A stretch of 63,519 nucleotides of DNA, counting the filler, from Octopus bimaculoides (lineage: Eukaryota), in NCBI RefSeq assembly GCF_001194135.2. It is 6 parts of 5 records of this genome, joined end to end, with 100 filler letters (N's around TTAATTAATTAA, not from the genome) between each part and the next. Parts side by side here need not be neighbours in the genome. Positions count along the whole stretch, not along the records: positions 45,963 to 52,711 come from NC_069001.1; positions 52,812 to 55,237 come from NW_026371996.1; positions 55,338 to 61,189 come from NC_068986.1; positions 61,290 to 63,519 come from NC_068986.1; 2 more parts are not named here. One strand, written 5' to 3'. This document shows, piece by piece, positions 50,726 through 61,579 of the stretch. Within the stretch, counting starts at the first letter, position 1, and the number at the start of each line of letters is the position of its first letter. A program made the position numbers and the translations under genes. The notes below the pieces were generated by a model that worked only from the letters and a program-made list of their open reading frames with translations, had not been told where the DNA came from and ran no database searches.

Positions 50726-50763
<38 letters not shown>

Positions 50764-51230
50764 GTATATATGCAAACTGCTCCTTATGCACAAAGTATAT
50801 CTGTCATTGTATGCACACAGACTTAAACGCGCACGCACGCACGCACACACACACACACACACTGAAACAGAATACCATTCTGTCATTTTATTTTCCATTA
50901 GTAAAATTTTAAAATTAACTATGTTTTTTTTTATCAATTAAAAGATAATTAATTAATTAATGAGAGTGGCTTTTAAAACACACATGAGTGTGTGTATGAA
51001 TGTGTTTTTGTTTAAGTGACTTTGTGTTTGTGTGTGTGATGTGCACGTACGTTCGTTTGTACACGTGTGATTCACACGTTGAATTTTGAGCCATATCTTA
51101 TTCCATCGAAAATTAGAGTGCACAGTACCGCCTCCATCGCCTGTAGCAGTCTACCGATTATATATATATATATATCGGTGCGAATGGTTTTGTTAAGCGG
51201 TGTCGAGTTTTACAATTCTGTAAATAATAA

Positions 51231-51484
51231 TGGTATTTTTTAATAAGCTTAAAACATATAGCGATCACCGTGCAAACGACTAAGGAAAATAGTCTAATAA
51301 TGGAGCATATAAGCCTTCGACAAGAAAAAAAAAAGGCTCCCGGACGCGTGGGACGCGAACCCACATCCTTTGTTAATGCGACGGGATTTTTTCTGTTGAG
51401 GGCTTATATGCCCCATTATTAGACTATTTTCCTTAGTCATTTGCATGGTGATTGCTATAAGTTTTAAGCTTATAAAAAATACCA
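51231..51484. mobile_element. Fold-back MITE with ~100-bp TIRs
   Basis: 51231-51330 (TGGTATTTTT...GACTAAGGAAAATAGTCTAATAATGG.GCATATAAGCC) is about 90% reverse-complementary to 51387-51484. Confidence 0.85.
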
Positions 51485-52039
51485 CACACACACACACTCA
51501 CATGGATGCACACACACACACACTCACATNNNNNNNNNNNNNNNNNNNNNNNNNNNNNNNNNNNNNNNNNNNNNNNNNNNNNNNNNNNNNNNNNNNNNNN
51601 NNNNNNNNNNNNNNNNNNNNNNNNNNNNNNNNNNNNNNNNNNNNNNNNNNNNNNNNNNNNNNNNNNNNNNNNNNNNNNNNNNNNNNNNNNNNNNNNNNNN
51701 NNNNNNNNNNNNNNNNNNNNNNNNNNNNNNNNNNNNNNNNNNNNNNNNNNNNNNNNNNNNNNNNNNNNNNNNNNNNNNNNNNNNNNNNNNNNNNNNNNNN
51801 NNNNNNNNNNNNNNNNNNNNNNNNNNNNNNNNNNNNNNNNNNNNNNNNNNNNNNNNNNNNNNNNNNNNNNNNNNNNNNNNNNNNNNNNNNNNNNNNNNNN
51901 NNNNNNNNNNNNNNNNNNNNNNNNNNNNNNNNNNNNNNNNNNNNNNNNNNNNNNNNNNNNNNNNNNNNNNNNNNNNNNNNNNAAAAGAATTTCTAACTTC
52001 CGGTCAGCCATTATTAGCCATTATTATGATTGACCGTTG

Positions 52040-52220
52040 ACTGAACACTATTCATTTTTTTTCTCTCCGTGTTTTTCTCCTTATCTCCGTATTCTTTCTG
52101 TTGAAGAGCGTAGCTCGAAACGTCAAAGACTTTCCGTATTCCTGAGCGTCATACTAATACATCCTTTTGTTATTTACACCACCTGTCCTCGTCTGTTGTT
52201 GTTTTTTCGTACATTCTCCC
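52040..52220 (+). mobile_element. Probable PLE pseudo-LTR fragment carrying a hammerhead-like motif
   Basis: Pyrimidine-rich flank around the motif at 52093-52129, ending at an (AT)n run. PLE origin is inferred from the motif. Confidence 0.45.
52093..52129 (+). ncRNA. Candidate minimal type-I hammerhead ribozyme (A6U variant)
   Basis: UCUUU-CUGUUGA-A-GAG(CGUAG)CUC-GAA-ACGU-C-AAAGA: 5-bp stem I, 3-bp stem II, palindromic stem III ACGU, GUC triplet. Confidence 0.55.
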
Positions 52221-52249
52221 ATATATATATATATATATATATATACATG

Positions 52250-52281
<32 letters not shown>

Positions 52282-52321
52282 CATGAATACATATTGTGAG
52301 ACTTCAGAATAATACAATAAT

Positions 52322-52415
52322 GAACCCTTTCGGGGTCGATGAAATAAGTACGACATGAATCGACTTGTACTCTCCCTCAAAAATGCTGGCCTTGTGCCAA
52401 AATTTGAAACCAATA
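52322..52415 (+). mobile_element. SINE family A 3' half
   Basis: CCCTTTCGGGGTCGATGAAATAAGTAC...AATGCTGGCCTTGTGCCAAAATTTGAAACC. Confidence 0.8.
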
Positions 52416-52850
52416 TTTTGAAGCAGATGTTGCAAGTAAGTGGTGTTAACTGCATCAACGGAGTACGTGGTCACTCGAAAACAGCGGCGAAATCTCCTTC
52501 AAATAAAACCATACGATCGTGAAAGAAAATATCGATAAAAAAAAAAAAAAGATGGAAATGGAACATTGGATAATGTGGTTCTAGATACACTATGTACGGA
52601 AACAAAAAAGACTAGCCAAAAAAGAAAAACAGCCTTAAACTGATGGCTGTAATACCATTCGCGATCAGGCTTCACACCGCCGTCATCACGAGGACGACGA
52701 CGACGACCAACNNNNNNNNNNNNNNNNNNNNNNNNNNNNNNNNNNNNNNNNNNNNTTAATTAATTAANNNNNNNNNNNNNNNNNNNNNNNNNNNNNNNNN
52801 NNNNNNNNNNNAAAAAAACACAAATACAAAGACACATGCACACACACATA

Positions 52851-52880
52851 TAGAGGGTGGGCCAAAAATAGGTATACACA
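52851..52880 (+). mobile_element. Possible Tc1/mariner-type terminus
   Basis: TAGAGGGTGGGCCAAAAATAGGTATACA resembles TA-CAGGGTG...-type TIRs; partner end not seen. Confidence 0.3.
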
Positions 52881-53639
52881 TTTTAAATTAACTTATTTAT
52901 TTTGCTTGCTGTATGTCACAATGTTCTGGAAAGCTTTGAAGAACGTTGCAATGTTGAGGCGAGGCTGGTATGCATGGGCAAAGACTGCTGGTCTTCCATA
53001 AACAACTTTGTCTGGACTTGTGCCCTAGAGGGATACTTCCTAGGTGCAATCCCATGATTATTCATCACTGAAGGGAGTCATTACCCTATCTACTTTGAGT
53101 CTCTCCCATTCCAAAAAATTAAGTATTTCACACTCTCTCAAAGTTTCTACACCCTTATGGTGTCAACAATGTATAGCAGAATATTTTTCAAGTGGTACTT
53201 ACCTAATTTTCTTGAATTCTTCAAGCAATCACTCAGATGTATCTTTAACTGTGTGTTATTGGTTCCAAGATAATAGGTAACAATNNNNNNNNNNNNNNNN
53301 NNNNNNNNNNNNNNNNNNNNNNNNNNNNNNNNNNNNNNNNNNNNNNNNNNNNNNNNNNNNNNNNNNNNNNNNNNNNNNNNNNNNTAATACTTTGGTAGCA
53401 GATTACAAAAATCACAATTACAAACAACAGAATACTTGCTCTCTGTAGACGTGTTAACATCTTTTAACTTTTACCTGGCAAAAGAAAAAAAGGAGAAAAA
53501 ACTTGTTTGAATATGGCATAACTTCCAAACATCGAGTTTACATTGATACAAAATGCTTCTTCCATTTTGTCTCTACTAAATCTACTTTAAAAGCTTTGGC
53601 TGTTCCAGGGCTAGAACAGAAGATGCATGATCAATATAC

Positions 53640-53905
53640 CGTGTTGTAGAACTGAACCAGAAACCATAGATTTCGGAAGGAATCTTCTTAACCACACAGC
53701 CACATCTAACTTCACTTCTCATTCCTTTACGAGCGATCCAACAAAATATTAAACAACAAAGCAAGCAGAAACACTACGAAAACAGTCAAACTTTGAGTTT
53801 TTTTAAATTACTTTTTAAAACACATTTAATCACATACATACAAACACACAGAAATGAAGGAGAAAGCATAGATTTGGGAAGGAATCTTCTTAACCACACA
53901 GCCAC
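53640..53905 (-). mobile_element. Two degenerate SINE family B heads
   Basis: GGAAGGAATCTTCTTAACCACACAGCCACATC occurs at ~53675-53706 and ~53878-53908. Confidence 0.6.
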
Positions 53906-56599
53906 ATCAGATCAATGTATATTAAATGTTTTAATGAATTACAGTTTGTTAATTGGGGCTAGAAACGTTCATATCACAAGAAACAAATAAAGAAATAGAG
54001 TTTTTGAGGAATAGCATTTACGTCGTGGTTTCTTGACTGCGACAGCCTGAAGGTCTTGTCTCTTATAACCTAGGCACCAAGAAACAAATATTCGGAATGT
54101 TTATACCATTTCTAGTCCAAAGAACAACAACGATTGTTCCATAGAAAAGAAAATCGATATTTATTATAAATAAAACTTTAGTAAACAAAGTTTATTTGAC
54201 AGATGAAAAGAAAAATCATTATTAAAAATGCAGGTTCGTGGGAATAAAAAACGAGAAGTAGAAATAAGTTTCTAAAGAGAATATGAGAAATTTAGAAAGA
54301 GTTAACTAGTCATCAAATAGTAATTAGTTGTAGACAATTAACAAGAAATACAGTAAAATGAAAATACGTGTAAAATGTAAATAAACGCATTAATTATGTA
54401 GTACTGTAAATGATATACAAATTATCTCGAATGCATTAATATTTATAGTTTAAATTAAAATTCCTCGATATTTCTAACAATGATTGATATTTAACAATTC
54501 TCGTGCAAGAAAGAATAATTAAAAACCAGACTTACATCTTACCTTGTTGAGATGGCATTTATCTCGGATTTTGTTTTTAATTATTAATTTAACTGTTCGA
54601 ATTAATTCCAAAGGATTTATTATTTCACGTTCACACACAAAACTGTTGCGCCCCGACATCTCTAAACGTCACAAGAATCCTCTATAAGTTCGGGCATTTA
54701 ATGGGATACAGAAAAGGAACCAAGCTGAAGAATGTGTCCTCTTTTTATGTACATATTTTGTATGTCTATATATGTATTTATATATTAATTGATATGTGTA
54801 TCCCTATATATATTTTTACACTCGCTATTTACCGAGTGAACAATTTGGTAGAATGATAAAACTTTCAGAATTCCATTCGAAAATTTCATTAAAGTATACT
54901 TAGAAATGCTTTCAAGCAAATATCCTATGATATTCCAACATTTTGTTTGTTTTCAGTTTTAAATGAGAGTTTAACCTTGTTAACTAATACCTTGGTTCGT
55001 TGTGTTCTTTCTTTGAGAAAGCAGAACGAAGCAGTCAGCAGCATCGTTGATTGCAGAGAGGAAGCAGTATGGGATGCTGAAATAGTCAAAGATAACATCC
55101 TTACTGTCCCACAACGCTGGAAGAAAAAAAAAAACTACATCTTTAAGCAAATTCTTCTGAACCTTAAAACGGCATAGGAAACTATACGACGTAAAACTAT
55201 AAATTTAGTTTGCAGGTCCAATTGCTTCTAAAATTAGNNNNNNNNNNNNNNNNNNNNNNNNNNNNNNNNNNNNNNNNNNNNTTAATTAATTAANNNNNNN
55301 NNNNNNNNNNNNNNNNNNNNNNNNNNNNNNNNNNNNNGATTTTAAATATTTGAGAGACAACAATGCATAAATCGCAATTTTTAAAAGAGCAATGAAACCT
55401 AGGTGGATAGAATATATAAGTAGCATGAATTTAGGAAGCTTAGAAAATGAATAAGTATGAATTTAAGACAAAAACTGAATTCAATTGAATTTCATGGAGA
55501 GAAACAAGATAAATAATAGAGGGCAGACTAAAGCGCAAAAGGTATGAGATGTTTGAGGCCGTAAATAAATAAAAATCTCTATCTTATCTGCATTGCATAT
55601 ATAATATATTAATATAAACAATATGTAAACATATGCATATATGCATACATATATGTACATACCTACATCTATATGTATATATACATGCATATATGGGTAC
55701 AGGACATCACAAAAAAACATTAAACACAGTGAGAAATGAAAACAGAAGACAAACTTTTTTCAAACAACGAAAAAAACAGACAAACGAGACATTAGAAGAC
55801 ATGATTTTTCTGTCTCTTGTCTCTTCTCTCATTCACGTCTACTAGAGTTCAAAAAAATAATAATTTTTCTATTGTCTTGGCCTAACAGCCCTTATTGTTT
55901 GTTTTCACTGTCATCTTTTTACTGTCTTGTTCTCACTGTCCTGTTCTTGTTAACACTTTCACCCTCCGCAAAAAATTCCAAATTTTATTTGGTTTGCTTT
56001 GCGGGATTCCTTTATCCATCAGCTTCTACTAAGATAGAGACGCAAATAAAATTAATAATAGAGAAATGAAAATAAAGCTTTGGAAACAGCCTAAAGGGAG
56101 ATGATTGAGAAAGACTTGAAAGTCAATGTAAGATTGTAATCATGTAAAGTAAAGTAAATATGACAAATAATCCAGAATCCTTGTCCAAATCTAATCAGTT
56201 TGTGCCAGTTATGAGGCTCAAATCCATTCAGAGGTTCTCAAGATATATCTTGTCCACAGACAAACAAACACAACTGAAAACAATACCTCCATCTTCGCTA
56301 AGGCGGAAGTAATAAACATCATACCAATAGCAAAAATAGTAAAGTGAAGTAAAATACAGAGATTATAATAATCATATCGCTGTCAGTGTCAATATTGATA
56401 TAAGTAGTCATTATAAACCATACTGATAAGACTGCTCAGGTCTGGAGGTGACACAATGATAACAAACATGATGATATGGCCATGGTTACATAGTGATGTA
56501 GTACAACAATACTAACAAACAGGATGATATGCTTCCAGCAACATGACTATATAGTACAATAATAAACCTCATTAGTAATTACAGAACTTATTGTAAGGA

Positions 56600-57000
56600 G
56601 GGGAATGGGTACATCGATGGGTGTGAAGAATGAGGCTGGAGGATGTTAGGATACAAAGGCATTAGACATGGGTAGGTGTTTAGGAGTGGGGCCATGGGAC
56701 ATATAGTTACTCTGAATAGTTATTGAATAAGCACTTGAAGTGGTGCCCACAAAGTTTGCTGTTAAATGATTATAGGTGCACAGAAATCCTCCTCTTACTA
56801 AGGCTGGCTTATTGAAATAAGGGTATCTTAGGGCATTATGTGTCACAACACATTTATCCTCATACAATTGCTATTCAGTGGGTAGGTTCTAGAGGCCCTA
56901 CAGTTATACATGTTTAAGCTGACCCTGGCTATATTTGTGATTTCTGGTAGTGTTCTTAGTTTAAGGGGTTAGCATAAATTTAGGTGGAAGCATGAGTAGC
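56600..57000 (-). mobile_element. Possible CR1-like LINE 3' remnant
   Basis: Weak minus-strand motifs TVGPLE, SLSKRR and GHHFK resemble the CR1 'RP.LEY...L..RR...RGH.FK' order. Confidence 0.25.
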
Positions 57001-57784
57001 AGGTATGTTATGGTTGGCAAGGAATGGTATCATCAATACCCTAATGACTAAGGAGCTCACTAAAATGCTGAGGGACATAGTTAATTAAGCACAAAGGCCT
57101 GACATTTTGGTCTTTTAGTTTGAATTTATTGAAGTTGGTGATTATGGACCCTATCATAGATGACATAATTGTAAAATTTTCAACCATAATATATGCTTAC
57201 ATAGCCACCTCAATTTGATCCTGTCTGACTGAACTTCTTTCTCTCTTGGATCCTTATCTCATTTCTTACCTTCTTCTTGGACTTTTGCTACATCTTTTGA
57301 GCGACTTTATCACTACTCCAATCAGATTATTCTTGTGAATGTTAGTGGTTAATATGAGCAGTGGAATCTTTGCTGAGAGGAGAACGGGTATAAAAAAGGG
57401 CAAAGGTGAATGTGAGTTGGTTAATGTGAACAGTGGTGTCTTAGTAAGGTAGGTTTTGAAATTGCTGTGAAAACAGTCAGTATAAACTTGGCATCATAAA
57501 GAATTCAGAATGGTTACTGAACTAATGTAAATTCAGAAGTAACAATGAAATCCAGTCGACAAAAAAAAAAAGATTAAAAAAATAATGAATCATTAGACTA
57601 GTGAATAAAAAGAACTCACCAAAAGAAGCTTAAACATTTCATAGGTAAATGAAAGAACTTCTAAAAAACTCTCTAAAGAACTGTGTATTTTTTCCATAAA
57701 TTTTTATTTGCCTCTTAATTAAAGTTCTTTTATTATGTTTATACTCAACGGTTTTGTTTTGTTATTGTCAACTTTTCTTACTTC

Positions 57785-58860
57785 TGTAACTACCACATCT
57801 TCTGCTCTAAGCAAGTTTGCTTGTTGAACTCATTTACAGTCTCCTCAGCAGTGGACACAGACTGTTAGAGCCTGTTGATGGTATCAGGAGGTCACCTGGG
57901 GTGTAACAACTGGTGTCAGAAGTGGGATATATTTATTGCTGCACTTAGCTGATTATTCACTATGGAGCCAGAAGGAGTACACACAAGGAAGCAGGCAGTG
58001 AAGAAAGAGGTTTCTCTGGCTACAATCATGAAAGCATTACAACAAAACCAACATGATAAACTGACTGAGTTGAAGGAAGAGCAGAAAGCGCAGCACATGC
58101 GTCTTCAGGGACAGTTGAACACACTTGTGAAAAGAATGTGGAAGAACAGCAACAGTTGTTCTTCAACATGAAAAAGTACATTAAGAATTAGAGCAGTACA
58201 GACATGAGGTGGCTCATGATATGATATTACAAGATGCAAGGAACAGTTAAGTGAACAGCTGAAAATGTTTAAATGAGAGAATGAAGGCTGTAGAACAGTT
58301 TTGTATTGCTGAACCTCAAGCTGATGAGCAGAAATCGCATAGAAATGGTGGGCAACATATGCTACATTTTGAGAATGACAAAACTTCCAGAGGTGCCCTT
58401 TCTGGAGTGGGTGCTAATTGTCTGTGGAGGACAGAAGCTGTTAATCTTCACAAGTTGAAGTGTTAGAGAAAAGTGCACAGGGTACAATTTCAGACCCACA
58501 CACGGGCTAGAGGAGAATCACTAAAACAGCTTGCCCAGGAACTTTTGGCTTTTCTTCTGAAAGAACAGTTTATCAATGCTTCGGGAAGTACAGAGCTCAA
58601 AGTTCAAGTGAAACAATTAAGCCAAATACTCTGCAAGAGGCATTTGCAAGAGCTCTGGAATTTGAGTTGTATGTAAGGTCTAACACAAGAATATTCCAGG
58701 TGGATGACAGTTCGAGATTCAAAGCAAGGAAGGGGCAAGTATGTGAAGCAAGAAGATTTAATGAAAGTTGTTGGTACTGCAAGAAGGTTGGACATAAGAG
58801 AAAAAGCTGTTTGAAGAAGAAAGAATAAGAGATGGTTGGAATAAATTGTTGACACTGTGG
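57785..58860 (+). mobile_element. Gypsy LTR retrotransposon relic: short LTR, tRNA-Leu PBS, decayed gag with CCHC knuckle
   Basis: TGTAAC (57785)...GTGTAACA (57908), then PBS TGGTGTCAGAAGTGGGAT (57911-57928), complementary to a tRNA-Leu 3' end. gag remnants QFQTHTRARGESLKQLAQE, KPNTLQEAFARALEFE and CWYCKKVGHKRKSC (58769-58810). Confidence 0.88.
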
Positions 58861-60107
58861 GAAGCCAGGATACAAGATGCAACCCATTCAAATTTTATTT
58901 TGGCTGCAATCTTTAAGCTCTTTTCTTTTATTTTAGGTTTACTTCTTGTCCTGTATTTTCCAGGTTTATTAAATACTTAAATATTGTTATTCCTGGCTTG
59001 CATTTTTCTTTCTATCATAGTATAGATATATATCAACAACAGTGTACTGTAAGATCAATGATGGTAGAGTCTGAAAAGTATAAAGTTCCAATGGTAATCA
59101 AATCGGAGTGGTGATTTATATATATATATATATATATACTATATATGTTTTTTACTTCCTAAGTTCGTAGAAAGGTGAAATTCACACACACATACAAACA
59201 CACACATGTGTATGCACATACGNNNNNNNNNNNNNNNNNNNNNNNNNNNNNNNNNNNNNNNNNNNNNNNNNNNNNNNNNNNNNNNNNNNNNNNNNNNNNN
59301 NNNNNNNNNNNNNNNNNNNNNNNNNNNNNNNNNNNNNNNNNNNNNNNNNNNNNNNNNNNNNNNNNNNNNNNNNNNNNNNNNNNNNNNNNNNNNNNNNNNN
59401 NNNNNNNNNNNNNNNNNNNNNNNNNNNNNNNNNNNNNNNNNNNNNNNNNNNNNNNNNNNNNNNNNNNNNNNNNNNNNNNNNNNNNNNNNNNNNNNNNNNN
59501 NNNNNNNNNNNNNNNNNNNNNNNNNNNNNNNNNNNNNNNNNNNNNNNNNNNNNNNNNNNNNNNNNNNNNNNNNNNNNNNNNNNNNNNNNNNNNNNNNNNN
59601 NNNNNNNNNNNNNNNNNNNNNNNNNNNNNNNNNNNNNNNNNNNNNNNNNNNNNNNNNNNNNNNNNNNNNNNNNNNNNNNNNNNNNNNNNNNNNNNNNNNN
59701 NNNNNNNNNNNNNNNNNNNNNNNNNNNNNNNNNNNNNNNNNNNNNNNNNNNNNNNNNNNNNNNNNNNNNNNNNNNNNNNNNNNNNNNNNNNNNNNNNNNN
59801 NNNNNNNNNNNNNNNNNNNNNNNNNNNNNNNNNNNNNNNNNNNNNNNNNNNNNNNNNNNNNNNNNNNNNNNAAGAGTTCCAACACTGTCTGTTTTTTATG
59901 TTTTATTTATATTCCTGCAGAACTAATGTGGGGTATAGAATATGGAATATACAATATATAATATGATATACAATATACAATATAAAATAAAATAACATAA
60001 AAATGGATGGCACCATGAAAGAAAGTATTGAATGTAGATGAAATATTGAGTGTTCAATATAAAGGATCAAATATATAAATATATAAATATAAATATATAT
60101 ATATAAA

Positions 60108-60147
60108 GGCGACTCGAGTTTCAGGGCTATTTCCCTTCGTCATGGCC
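60108..60147 (-). ncRNA. Candidate minimal type-I hammerhead ribozyme (1-nt core insertion)
   Basis: Minus strand GGC-C(A)UGACGA-AGGG(AAAUAG)CCCU-GAA-ACUCGAGU-C-GCC: 3-bp stem I, 4-bp stem II, 8-nt palindromic stem III, GUC triplet. Confidence 0.65.
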
Positions 60148-60354
60148 GGTATGACAGACTTTAACAGACTGTAATAAGTTGGCTGGTTTTCTGTCTTTTA
60201 TACCAATTCCTTTGGACGGCAGCAGTAGGTGTTTGGCTATTTTTAGAATTGATATATATATATATATATATACTATATATGTTTTTTACTTCCTAAGTTC
60301 GTAGAAAGGTGAAATTCACACACACATACAAACACACACATGTGTATGCACATA

Positions 60355-60394
<40 letters not shown>

Positions 60395-60707
60395 GCACAT
60401 ATACATCTATATCACCATCAATTTTGTTTTCACATCTGCTTTTTATACGTTGGCATGAATTGGCCACTCTTTGTGAAGCAGTATTCTATAGCTAGTTACC
60501 CTTTCTAACACAGCCCTTATTTGATTTCAAGTAAGGTACTTTGCTTATTTAACCATTGAACTACAGAAAATATTCTTTACACAGGACATAAACAAATGTC
60601 ATCACAGCCCAAGTAGCATCATTGCAAAGTCATGCAGAAACAAAGGCACATGCATGCGCACATGTGCATGCACGTGCACACATACACATACACACACACA
60701 CACACGA

Positions 60708-60860
60708 AATAGACTTCAGTTTCCATCTGTCAAATTTTACTCACAATTTGTAGCTCAACTCAATTCCATAGTAAAAGACACTTGACCAAGGTACCGTGCA
60801 GAGGGATTAAACAGAAACCACTTGACTGTGAAGTGAACTTCTTAGACATACAGCCATACC
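60708..60860 (-). mobile_element. SINE family B head and core, degenerate
   Basis: TTCAGTTTCCATCTGTCAAATTTTACTCACAA...AAAAGACACTTGACCAAGG...CTTCTTAGACATACAGCCA. Confidence 0.7.
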
Positions 60861-60934
60861 TGTGACTGTGAACATGCATGCATGTGTGTGTACATTTGTA
60901 TGTGTATATGTGTGTATATATATATATATACACA

Positions 60935-61160
60935 GCGTGACCATTGCCAGTACCGCCTGACTGGCCCTCGTGCGGGTGACACGTAAAAGCACCCACTACA
61001 CTCTCTGAGTGGTTGGCATTAGGAAGGGCATCCAGGTGTAGAAACTCTGCCAAATTAGATTGGAGCCTGGTGTTGCCATCCGGTTTCACCAGTCCTCAGT
61101 CAAATCGTCCAACCCATGCTAGCATGGAAAGCGGACGTTAAACGACGATGATGATGATGA
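60935..61160 (+). mobile_element. SINE family C 3' part with (GAT)n tail
   Basis: ACACGTAAAAGCACCC...ATTAGGAAGGGCATCCAGGTGTAGAAAC...CCAACCCATGCTAGCATGGAAAGCGGACGTTAAACGACGATG. Confidence 0.88.
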
Positions 61161-61579
61161 TATATACATATATACACATATTATATATANNNNNNNNNNN
61201 NNNNNNNNNNNNNNNNNNNNNNNNNNNNNNNNNTTAATTAATTAANNNNNNNNNNNNNNNNNNNNNNNNNNNNNNNNNNNNNNNNNNNNATATACATACA
61301 TATATACATATATACACATGTATATATATTTACTTTACTTTATATTATACTCATTTATTGTGCTTTTAATGATGAAAATCCACTATATGTGATAGTGGAT
61401 TTTCATCGATGAGTTCTTGAAACTTGGTTATTTTCCCTAAAACTATATATTTTATATATATTTTACCTATAAAGCTCAATTTAGTTTTAATTTTTTATAA
61501 ATTGATTTTAATTGAGTTTTTGCCTGTAATTTTGGATTTTGTCCCTAATATTATATATATATATATATATATGTATATA

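Noticed and set aside
1160-59966. Long ORF-track entries filled with X or with [12 protein letters not shown]/poly-L/E/S/K runs
   Set aside because: They are translations of N gaps and microsatellites, not genes.
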